DNA of 32,000 nt, from positions 332,977 to 364,976 of the forward strand of contig CAWBQH010000004.1 of NCBI GenBank assembly GCA_963790905.1. Reading direction: 5' to 3'. This DNA comes from an uncultured Solirubrobacteraceae bacterium (GTDB lineage Bacteria > Actinomycetota > Thermoleophilia > Solirubrobacterales > Solirubrobacteraceae). Position numbers and translations under genes: made by a program. This document shows, one piece after another, positions 16,824-24,533 of the stretch. How positions within the stretch are numbered: the first letter of the stretch is position 1; every line of letters starts with the position of its first letter. The notes under the pieces are model-generated. The model was not told where the DNA came from. It did no database searches and worked only from the letters and a program-made list of their open reading frames with translations.

Positions 16824-17209
16824 GCGCCGACCGGCCAGTGCTCCACAGCGAGCTCTGACATCGGAAAGTGCTTCGGGTTACCCGTCGCCAGTCGCGATCC
16901 GGTGGCCAACGCGGCCGCTGCGATCAGACAGTCCGCTTGCTGGAGCGTGATCCCTCTCAGCGCATAATCACGACGCCAACGCCCTGCGCATTCACCCTCC
17001 GATCGGCCAAGTGGGGCCAGCTGAAGACCGCTCAGGAAGCGCATCACGAGCGTCTCGTCATCCTCGCCGGCGCCGCGCATCACCTCCTCGACGTTGACCG
17101 CGCATATCCACGGCACTGGCTCGGTGTTGCGCAACTCGCGCAGACGCTCGGCAGCCGGACGGCCACGTAGCGCGTCGATCAATACGGTCGTGTCGAGCAG
17201 CAGCGGCAA
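16820..17209 (-). CDS. vapC: PIN-domain ribonuclease toxin VapC
   Basis: PLLLDTTVLID...NVEEV...QQADCLIAAAA...TGNPKHF shows the typical PIN acidic-residue spacing. The TTG start directly abuts the vapB TAG. Confidence 0.8.
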   Translation of the reverse strand: MPLLLDTTVLIDALRGRPAAERLRELRNTEPVPWICAVNVEEVMRGAGEDDETLVMRFLSGLQLAPLGRSEGECAGRWRRDYALRGITLQQADCLIAAAALATGSRLATGNPKHFPMSELAVEHWPVGA

Positions 17210-17455
17210 CTAGCCAACGCGAGTTGGGTCGCCATCGCGCTGCTCGCTCACCCAATCGGCCGGGTCGCGATCCCACTCGTGCTCGCGCCCTGAGAGGGCG
17301 CCGAGCCCGGCTTCGATGTCCTCCCAGCGCCGCTCGTCATCAAGCGCACGGCGCACCGTCTCGCTGATGAACATGCTTCGACGCCGTCTGCCGATGCGCC
17401 GGTCGAGTTGCTCTACGAGATCATCGTCGAGGCTTATGTGCACTCGCATGGCCAC
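17210..17455 (-). CDS. vapB: Ribbon-helix-helix (CopG/MetJ-type) antitoxin VapB
   Basis: The (VA)MRVHISLDDDLVEQLDRR N-terminal RHH strand-helix pattern sits directly upstream of the PIN gene. The start is GTG 17455 or ATG 17449. Confidence 0.75.
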   Translation of the reverse strand: MAMRVHISLDDDLVEQLDRRIGRRRRSMFISETVRRALDDERRWEDIEAGLGALSGREHEWDRDPADWVSEQRDGDPTRVG

Positions 17456-17477
17456 AGCTTAGCACACGCGGTGATTT

Positions 17478-18374
17478 CTATTGCCTCGACGCCATCTCCT
17501 CGGCGTCTCGAAGCAGCTCGCCGGCTCCGACCGTCATCAGCCGTGCGGCCACCTCACGTCCGAGCGACTCCGGCTCGGAGCGCTCGCCGGCGAGCTCATC
17601 GCTGACCCATGCCGAGCCGTCGAGCATTCCCACCCAGGCGCGCATGTGCAGCTGCCCATCGGCCGCCGGCAGCGCATGGGCGCCGAGCGGGGTGTTGCAA
17701 CTCGCCCCGAGCGCGTGCGCGAGCGCGCGCTCGGCAAGCAGGCAGGCGAACGCCTGCACATCGGTGATCGCCTGCACCGCCTCGCGCGCTTGAACGTCAT
17801 TCGCGCGTCCCTCGAGCGCGAGGATCCCCTGTCCAGGCGCCGGCACGAACCGCTCGGGATCGAGCACCGCGCCGATCTCCGCCTCGCGGCCGAGCCGCTG
17901 CAGCCCGGCTCGCGCGAGCACGATCGCCTCCAGGCCGTCGCTGCGCTCTGAAAGCTTGCGCAGGCGCGTGTCGACATTGCCGCGGATCGGCACGACCTCG
18001 ATGTCCGTGCGCGCGGCCCGCAGCTGCGCCTCGCGGCGGATGCTGCTCGTACCAACGCGCGCGCCCGCGCGCAGCTCGTCAACCCCCGCCGCGCCGCAGA
18101 TCGCGTCCTCGGCCGCCGCGCGAGCCGGCGCGCCGAGCAGCTCGAGGCCGTCGGCCAGCTGGTTCGGGACATCCTTGGCTGAGTGCACCGCTAGCTCTAT
18201 CTCGCCCGCCAACAGCGCGCGCTCGAGCTCTCGCACCCATCTCGACTTGTCCTCGGTGGCCGCTCCGCGGTCCCCGCTGGTCACGATCGGAACGATCTCG
18301 CACTCGCCGAGCAGGCTCGCGAGCAGCTCGGCCTGTGCCAGCGCGAGCGCGCTGCGCCTCGTTCCGATCCGCAT
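17478..18374 (-). CDS. hemC: Hydroxymethylbilane synthase (porphobilinogen deaminase)
   Basis: MRIGTRRSALALAQAE...VPIVTSGDR...AVHSAKDVP...GNVDTRLRKL are canonical HemC motifs. Confidence 0.95.
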   Translation of the reverse strand: MRIGTRRSALALAQAELLASLLGECEIVPIVTSGDRGAATEDKSRWVRELERALLAGEIELAVHSAKDVPNQLADGLELLGAPARAAAEDAICGAAGVDELRAGARVGTSSIRREAQLRAARTDIEVVPIRGNVDTRLRKLSERSDGLEAIVLARAGLQRLGREAEIGAVLDPERFVPAPGQGILALEGRANDVQAREAVQAITDVQAFACLLAERALAHALGASCNTPLGAHALPAADGQLHMRAWVGMLDGSAWVSDELAGERSEPESLGREVAARLMTVGAGELLRDAEEMASRQ

Positions 18375-18382
18375 CAGCGCGG

Positions 18383-19732
18383 CTAACGGCCTCCCTGGCC
18401 GGGTCGGCGCTCGCGCAGCTCGTGCACCTGCGCGAGCTCCTCCGAGGGGCGCTCCTCGTTCGGCGCGTCCTCTCGGAGCCCGAACAGCTCGCGCACCAGC
18501 TCGATGCTCGCATGGCCGCGGTCGCCCCCGAGGCTGCGCAGGCGGATGGTCGGCTCGTGCAGCAGGCGGCTCATCACCGCCCTGGCGATCGCCTCGACTC
18601 TGGCGAGGTCCCCAGATGAGGCCGACTCCCAGCGCCCGGCGTTCTCGGCGAGCACCTGATCCACCAGGTCGTTGCCATGTGCACGCAGCGCGCTGACGGT
18701 CGGTATCGCGTCCAACTGCCCGAGCCAGCGCGCAAAGCGGTGAATCTCCTCCTCGACGATCTCGAGCGCGCGCGGCGACTCCTGCGCGCGCGAGTCGAGG
18801 TTGCGTGCCACCACCGCCTGAAGGTCGTCGATGTCATATAGCGAGACGCCCTCGAGCTCGCCGCACGCCGGGTCGATATCGCGCGGCACCGCGATGTCGA
18901 TCATCAGCAGCGGCCGCCCCTCGCGCTCGCCCATGACGAGCTCGAGCTCCTCCCTGCCGACGATCGGATGCGGGGATGAGGTCGAGGAGAGGACGATGTC
19001 CGCGCGCACGAGCTGGTCTGGCAGTTTGTCCAGGCCCATCACCGTCCCGCCGAAGCGCTGGGCGAGGCTTAGCGCGCGGTCGGCATGGCGGTTGGCGACG
19101 AAGATCGTCCCGGCACCCTGATCCGCGAGCGCGCGAGCGGTCAGCTCGCTCGTCTCGCCGGCGCCGAGGATCACGACATGGCGGCTCTCCAGGCCGCCGA
19201 GCACGCTCAGCGCGAGGTCGACGGCAACCGACGGGATGCTCACTCGGCTCGAGCCGATCCCCGTCTCCGAGCGCACGCGCTTGCCCGTCGTGAGCGCAGC
19301 CGCGAACAGCCGGTTCGAGAGCGGACCGGTGCATCCCTCCTGCATCGCCGTCTCATGCGCCCGGCGCACCTGGCCCTGGATCTCGGCCTCGCCGATGATC
19401 ATCGACTCCAGGCCCGCGGTCACGCGGTAGAGCTGCCGCGCGGCGTCGCAGTTGCGCGGCGAGTACATCGCCTCGGCGAGCTCGGTCGGGCGGATCGCCG
19501 CGCGCCGTGCGAGCAGCCCGAGCACGTCGGACTCGGCCCGCACCGGGTCGCCCACGACCAGGTAGACCTCGGTGCGGTTGCACGTCGAGATGACGATCGC
19601 CTCGCGGACCTCGGCGGTCGCCTTCGCCTGCCTCGCGAACTCGCCGGCCTCGCGTTCGGTGAACGCCAGGCGCTCGCGCAGCGCCACCGGCGCAGTCTTG
19701 TGCGAGATCCCCAGCGCGAGCAGCTCGCTCAT
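18383..19732 (-). CDS. hemA: Glutamyl-tRNA reductase
   Basis: LGISHKTAPVALRERLAF...STCNRTEVY...ILGAGETSE are canonical HemA motifs. The ATG overlaps the stop of the upstream small ORF (ATGA). Confidence 0.95.
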   Translation of the reverse strand: MSELLALGISHKTAPVALRERLAFTEREAGEFARQAKATAEVREAIVISTCNRTEVYLVVGDPVRAESDVLGLLARRAAIRPTELAEAMYSPRNCDAARQLYRVTAGLESMIIGEAEIQGQVRRAHETAMQEGCTGPLSNRLFAAALTTGKRVRSETGIGSSRVSIPSVAVDLALSVLGGLESRHVVILGAGETSELTARALADQGAGTIFVANRHADRALSLAQRFGGTVMGLDKLPDQLVRADIVLSSTSSPHPIVGREELELVMGEREGRPLLMIDIAVPRDIDPACGELEGVSLYDIDDLQAVVARNLDSRAQESPRALEIVEEEIHRFARWLGQLDAIPTVSALRAHGNDLVDQVLAENAGRWESASSGDLARVEAIARAVMSRLLHEPTIRLRSLGGDRGHASIELVRELFGLREDAPNEERPSEELAQVHELRERRPGQGGR

Positions 19733-19971
19733 GACGGCGTCGACTCCCGCTCGCCAGCATCGCGCTCGGGCGCCGGCGCTGGCTGGCCAGCCGGGCTTTC
19801 GACGCGTTCGAGCAGCTCAGCCAGCTCGCGCTCGTTGCGGCTCAGGCGGAATCCCATGATCGCGAGATAAGTGAGCACGAGCACGAACAGCACGATGTAT
19901 GCGCCGGCTACGTACTTGCCTGCCGTGTGCAGCGGCAGGGCCGGCAGCTCGGCGAGCACGGCGGCGCTCAT
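19729..19971 (-). CDS. CcmD-like small membrane protein (80 aa)
   Basis: The last 80 aa of track ORF 19729..20592 read MSAAVLAELPALPLHTAGKYVAGAYIVLFVLVLTYLAIMGFRLSRNERELAELLERV.... This is a single TM followed by a basic helix, in the position of ccmD after ccmC. The ATG shares 1 nt with the ccmC TGA. The assignment rests on topology and position only. Confidence 0.5.
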   Translation of the reverse strand: MSAAVLAELPALPLHTAGKYVAGAYIVLFVLVLTYLAIMGFRLSRNERELAELLERVESPAGQPAPAPERDAGERESTPS

Positions 19972-20747
19972 CAGAGCACCGTCCTCGGGGCCGCATGGGC
20001 CCCGATCGTGGCACCGGCTCCGACCGTCGGCGCGGCGCTGCGCGGGCTGCGCTCGCGCGTGTCCGGCTCCTCGGCGAGCAGCCGCCGGCGCAGCGCGCGC
20101 ACCTGCGCGCGCGTGTGCTTGGCCGTCAGCTCGTACTTGCACAGGGTTGCGTAGAGCAGCGCGATCGCGAGCAGCGAGACGAGGAACGTGACCGCCATCG
20201 GCGCCGGCAGGTTCGAGGTGCTGCCCAGCACGCGCGGGTGCAGGTAGGCGGTCGAGAGACGCACCGCGATGAAGTTCAGCGGCACGAACGCCCCTGCGGT
20301 GATCGCGAACACCGATGCGTAGCGCGCCTGGCGCTCGGGGTCTTCGATCGCGAAGCGCAGCGGCTGGTAGGTCGCGTAGAGCAGGAAGATGATCAGAAAC
20401 GACACGAGCGTCGGCTCGCTCCACACCCACCAGTGCCCCCACGAGCCCTTCGCCCAGATCGAGCCGGTGATCAGCGTGCCCACGGCGAAGATCAGGCTGA
20501 TGTGGATGGCGACGTAGGAGCGCATGTCCCAGCGCGGGTCGCGCGTGCGCAGGTGCTGGATCGCCAAGAGGCCGCCGATCACGAAGCCGCACAGAGCGAC
20601 GATCGCCAGCGGCACGTGCACGTAGAAGATCTTCTGCAGGAAGCCCTGTTCGGCTTCGAGCGGCGCGTAGAAGAAGACCAGCGAGAGCGACAGCGCCGTC
20701 GCGGCGATGGTGGCGATGCTCAGCGCGCGGAGACCCTTTCCGTACAT
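19971..20747 (-). CDS. ccmC: Heme exporter protein C (cytochrome c maturation System I)
   Basis: The motifs FYVHVPLAI (His ligand 1), the Trp-rich WGHWWVWSEP and YLHP (His ligand 2) are present, with multiple TM segments. Confidence 0.85.
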   Translation of the reverse strand: MYGKGLRALSIATIAATALSLSLVFFYAPLEAEQGFLQKIFYVHVPLAIVALCGFVIGGLLAIQHLRTRDPRWDMRSYVAIHISLIFAVGTLITGSIWAKGSWGHWWVWSEPTLVSFLIIFLLYATYQPLRFAIEDPERQARYASVFAITAGAFVPLNFIAVRLSTAYLHPRVLGSTSNLPAPMAVTFLVSLLAIALLYATLCKYELTAKHTRAQVRALRRRLLAEEPDTRERSPRSAAPTVGAGATIGAHAAPRTVL

Positions 20748-20755
20748 CGGTTTGG

Positions 20756-21430
20756 CTAGTCCTCCAACAGGAAATCGAACAGGGCGTAGGCGATCAGCCC
20801 GAACACAAGATCATAGAGCCCCAGACTGAGCAGCCAGCGGGCAGCCGGCGCTCCGGGGTGGGTGATCGTGAGCAGCGGCGAGGTCGCCCGTGCCGCGCCG
20901 ATCACGATCGGCACGAGCAGCGGCAGTCCGAGCAGCGGGCCGAGCAGGTCGCGGGCGCGAGTGCGAACGGCGAGGGCGGCCACGAGCGTGCCGATCGCCG
21001 CCACGCCGAGGTCCGCGAGCGCAAGCACTCCAACCAGGTCAGGCAGCGCCTGGCCGAGCGGCGGCGCCAGCAGAAGCAGGGCGAAAGCCGGCACCGCGAC
21101 GAGCTCGAGCACGAAGAGGTATGCCAGCAGCGTGAGGACCTTCGCGAAGAGCATCGCGCTGCGATCGACCGGCGCGAGCAGGAAAGCGTCGAAGCCGCCC
21201 TCCTCGGCATCCGCCACGAACAGGCGGTTCACGCCGAGGATCGCTGCGAACAGGAGAGTCACCCACAGGATGCCCGCCGCGAGGTCGCCGTCGACGCTGT
21301 TGCGGTTGAGCGCGAAGTGGAAGACGACGAACGTCGTGACGGCGAACAGCGACATGGCGGGGACGGACTCGAGCGTTCGCAGCTCGACCAGCAGCTCCTT
21401 GCGCAGCAGCGCCGCGACCGTCCTCCTCAC
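20756..21430 (-). CDS. ccmB: Heme exporter protein B (ABC permease)
   Basis: This 224-aa polytopic protein begins LRKELLVELRTLE and is placed between ccmA and ccmC. The GTG start overlaps the ccmA TGA. Confidence 0.85.
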   Translation of the reverse strand: MRRTVAALLRKELLVELRTLESVPAMSLFAVTTFVVFHFALNRNSVDGDLAAGILWVTLLFAAILGVNRLFVADAEEGGFDAFLLAPVDRSAMLFAKVLTLLAYLFVLELVAVPAFALLLLAPPLGQALPDLVGVLALADLGVAAIGTLVAALAVRTRARDLLGPLLGLPLLVPIVIGAARATSPLLTITHPGAPAARWLLSLGLYDLVFGLIAYALFDFLLED

Positions 21431-22104
21431 CGGTAGAGCTCCGCGATCTCCGCGCGGTGCACATCCGCCGCGGCCCTCAGCAGGGCCACCCGGCCGGCGC
21501 GCAGGCCGAGCACCAAGTCGGCCTCGGCGAGGCCGCCGGTCGGGTCGTGGCTGCAGATCACGCGCGTGCGGCGCGACGCCGCGCCGATCAGCGGGGAGAC
21601 GAGCTCGACGGCGGCCGGGTCGAGGTTGGAGTTGGGCTCGTCCAGGAGCAGGAGCTCGGGATCGTGCAGCACGGCGCGCGCGACGGCCACGCGCTGGACC
21701 ATGCCGCGCGAGAGCGTCCGCAGTGGCTCGCGCCCGCGGGCGGCCATCGCGACCGCGTCGAGCAGCTCGTCGACCCGCGCGCCCGCGACGCCGTGCAGTC
21801 GCGCGTGGAAGCGCAGGTTCTCCCGTGCGCTCAGCTCCCGGTAGAGCAGCGGCTCATGGCCGAGCAGGCCCAAGCGCCCACGCACCGCCCACGCCTCGTC
21901 CGGGAGCATGCAGCCGAGAACGCGCACGCTGCCGGCGTGCGGGCGCAGCAGAGTGGCGAGCACGCGCAGCAGCGTTGTCTTGCCCGCACCGTTCGGCCCG
22001 AAGACGACGAGCGTCTGGCCCTCCTTCAACGAGAACGAGACGTCGCTCAGCGCGGCGCGTTCACCGTATTGCCGAGCAAGCCGCTCGACCTGGAGCGCGG
22101 CCAC
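21427..22104 (-). CDS. ccmA: Heme ABC exporter ATP-binding protein
   Basis: Walker A GPNGAGKTTLLR, signature LSRGMVQRV and Walker B LLLLDEP are present. The GTG start lies 2 nt after the sirC stop. Confidence 0.9.
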   Translation of the reverse strand: MAALQVERLARQYGERAALSDVSFSLKEGQTLVVFGPNGAGKTTLLRVLATLLRPHAGSVRVLGCMLPDEAWAVRGRLGLLGHEPLLYRELSARENLRFHARLHGVAGARVDELLDAVAMAARGREPLRTLSRGMVQRVAVARAVLHDPELLLLDEPNSNLDPAAVELVSPLIGAASRRTRVICSHDPTGGLAEADLVLGLRAGRVALLRAAADVHRAEIAELYR

Positions 22105-22106
22105 GC

Positions 22107-22859
22107 TCAGGCTCTCGACACCTGCAACGCGCGCGCGCTCTGCGCCCGCGCGATCAGCTCGCGCACGGCCGCTTCATCGCCGTCCCGTAGCAGCGCAACC
22201 GGGTCGGGCTCACCGCCGACGATCCCCTCGAAGAACTCCTTGCGATCCTGGTAGGTCGGGAGCGTGCCCTTCGCCCACCCGCGCACATCGTTCAGCAGCA
22301 CCGCCAGCCGCGCGTACGGCTCGCCGAACTGGCCTTCGATCTCGCGCTTCATGCGCTTGGCCAGCGCCGGTGAGGCCCCGGCGGTGGAGATCGCTATCGC
22401 GAGCGGACCGGTGCGCACGATCGCGGGCAGGATGAAGTTGCACAGCGGCGGCACGTCGACGACGTTCACGAGCATCGCGCGCCGCTCGGCGTCCTCGAAC
22501 ACGGCGATGTTCGCGTCCGTGTCGTCGGTCGCCGCGATCACGATGAACACCCCCTCCAGATCAGCCGCGCCGGCATAGGCGCGCTGCTCCCAGCGGATCG
22601 AGTCCTCGCGCGCATACTCCTCGAGCGCGGGCTCGGCCTCCGGGGCGATCAGCGTGACCTCGCCATCGCAGGCGAGCAGACCCTCGACCTTCTCCAGGCC
22701 GATCTCGCCGCCACCGACCACCGCGCACCGGCGCCCGCTGAGCTTCAGGCACGCGATGTAGAAGGGGATGTCGAGCATCCCCTGCACGCAGCTCTGATCA
22801 CAGATCCCCCTGCGCAGCTGACAGACACATTCCTTGCCGGCATAGGCCTGGGCGGGCAT
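22107..22859 (-). CDS. sirC: Precorrin-2 dehydrogenase / sirohydrochlorin ferrochelatase (SirC/Met8/CysG-N-like)
   Basis: A Rossmann motif [16 protein letters not shown] is followed by ATDD...N and [13 protein letters not shown]. The start is uncertain: ATG 22859 gives a 27-aa Cys-rich extension, while ATG 22778 gives the usual N-terminus. Confidence 0.85.
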   Translation of the reverse strand: MPAQAYAGKECVCQLRRGICDQSCVQGMLDIPFYIACLKLSGRRCAVVGGGEIGLEKVEGLLACDGEVTLIAPEAEPALEEYAREDSIRWEQRAYAGAADLEGVFIVIAATDDTDANIAVFEDAERRAMLVNVVDVPPLCNFILPAIVRTGPLAIAISTAGASPALAKRMKREIEGQFGEPYARLAVLLNDVRGWAKGTLPTYQDRKEFFEGIVGGEPDPVALLRDGDEAAVRELIARAQSARALQVSRA

Positions 22860-22901
22860 GGCTCAAGCGTAGCTGCAACCAGGCAGATCGCCTCGGCCGG
22901 A

Positions 22902-24524
22902 CTACCCCCTCGGGATCCCCCGGCCGAGTGCGCGCGCACCCACGCGTGCGAGCGCGAGAGCGCCGTCGCGCCAGGCGCGCTCGCGGTCGGACTCGCGGCT
23001 CGAGCGCATCTTCGCCACCGCCCGCGCCGCGCGCGAGCTCGTCCGGTCGTAGGGGCCCCACCACAGCCCGCGCGCTGCCGGCGGGTCCCAGGTGATGAGC
23101 TTTTCCTGCGCGCACGCCCTCAGGCCGGCCTGGCCGAGCGTCCGGCCGAGGCCGCCGCCGGCGGCAGCGCCCCACGGGCCGCGCGAGACGGTCGGGCCGG
23201 GGAGGTGATCGTTGAGCCACACCATGCCCGCGCGCAGCTCGCGCGCGATCCGCATCGCCTGGTAGCGATCGGCAGTCCACACAGAGGCGCCGAGGCCGTA
23301 GTCGCTGTCGTTGGCCAGCGCGATCGCCTCGTCGACCGAGCTCACCGGCACGACCACGAGCACCGGCCCATCGATCGGATCGCGCAGCACGCGCATCCGG
23401 TCCGTCACGCCCGTGAGCACCGCCGGGGCGTAGAACGCGCCGCTGCAGCCCGGTGGGGCGACCGGGCCGCCGCAGTGCAGACGCGCTCCGTGCTCGACAG
23501 CTTCCTCGACGAGCGCCTGAACATGCTCGACCCGGCGGGCGGAGGCGAGCGGGCCCACCTGCGTGCGCGGGTCGGCCGGATTGCCGACACGCAGCGCGCC
23601 CGCGGCGCCGACGAGCGCCGTCAGGAAGCGGTCGTAGACCTCGCGGGCGACGTACACCCGCTCGACGGCTCCGCGCGCCTGCCCGGCTGCCGCGCAGCCC
23701 GCCCAGAGCCCGCCGGCTACGGCTCGCGTCAGGTGCGCGTCGGCGAGGACGAGCATCGCGTCCTTGCCGCCGAGCTCGACGGTGACCTCCTTCTCGCGCG
23801 AAACGCAAGCGCGCGCCACCACGCGCCCAACGGCCGGCGAGCCCGTGAACAGGACCTTGTCCACCCCGGCCTGCGCGAGCGCGACACCGACCTCAGCGCC
23901 GCCGTTGACGATCTGCACGAGGCCCTCCGGCAGCCCGGCGCGCGCGATCACCCGCGCGATCGACCCGCCCGCCAGGCATGCCCGCGCGGCCGGCTTGAAC
24001 GTGACGCCGTTGCCCGCCAAGAGCGCTCCGGCGATCTGACCAAGCGGTTGCGCGAACGGTGCGCTGCCGGCGCCGATCACACCGACTACCCCATACGGCT
24101 CGTACGCGATCCGCGCCCGCTTGGCGATCGACAGCGAGCGGCTCGTCGCGACCCTCCGGGCGCCGAGCACGTTGGCCCCGTCGTCCGCGATCCAGACCAG
24201 CGCATCGATTGCCGCTAGCAGCTCGAGCGTCGCGATCTCTGCGCGCGGCCTGCCCTGCTCGCGAGCGAGCGACTCCTGGAGCTCGTCGAAGTCGTCGATC
24301 ACCGCCTGGGCCATCCGACGCATGTATCGCGCCCGGTCGGAGAGCTGCAGCAGCGCCCACAGCGGCTGCACCTTGGCCACGTCCTGGACCACGTCGTCGA
24401 CGTCCTCCGGCGGCGTGCTGGCGACGCTGCCGAGGATCTCGCCGCTCGCGGGGTCGCGCGCGAAGAGCGCCTCCGGCGTCGAGGTCTCCTCGTGCGTGGA
24501 GCTCTCGCTCAGGGGCGTGCTCAT
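22902..24524 (-). CDS. Aldehyde dehydrogenase-fold protein, apparently lacking catalytic Cys and Asn
   Basis: The ALDH landmarks VTFKPA, FTGSPAVGR, VELGGKDA and GPLAS are present. However, the G-Q-x-C-x-A-x-x-R block reads GQARGAVER, and the PWNFP block reads AGSAP. Confidence 0.85.
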   Translation of the reverse strand: MSTPLSESSTHEETSTPEALFARDPASGEILGSVASTPPEDVDDVVQDVAKVQPLWALLQLSDRARYMRRMAQAVIDDFDELQESLAREQGRPRAEIATLELLAAIDALVWIADDGANVLGARRVATSRSLSIAKRARIAYEPYGVVGVIGAGSAPFAQPLGQIAGALLAGNGVTFKPAARACLAGGSIARVIARAGLPEGLVQIVNGGAEVGVALAQAGVDKVLFTGSPAVGRVVARACVSREKEVTVELGGKDAMLVLADAHLTRAVAGGLWAGCAAAGQARGAVERVYVAREVYDRFLTALVGAAGALRVGNPADPRTQVGPLASARRVEHVQALVEEAVEHGARLHCGGPVAPPGCSGAFYAPAVLTGVTDRMRVLRDPIDGPVLVVVPVSSVDEAIALANDSDYGLGASVWTADRYQAMRIARELRAGMVWLNDHLPGPTVSRGPWGAAAGGGLGRTLGQAGLRACAQEKLITWDPPAARGLWWGPYDRTSSRAARAVAKMRSSRESDRERAWRDGALALARVGARALGRGIPRG

Positions 24525-24533
24525 CGGCAGCGA

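Noticed and set aside
16820-17477. vapBC as a recent mobile insertion
   Set aside because: I looked for flanking direct or inverted repeats, an integrase or transposase, and a GC shift. I saw none by eye, and the codon-level overlaps argue for long residence. I kept it as a finding about operon architecture, not as a mobile element.
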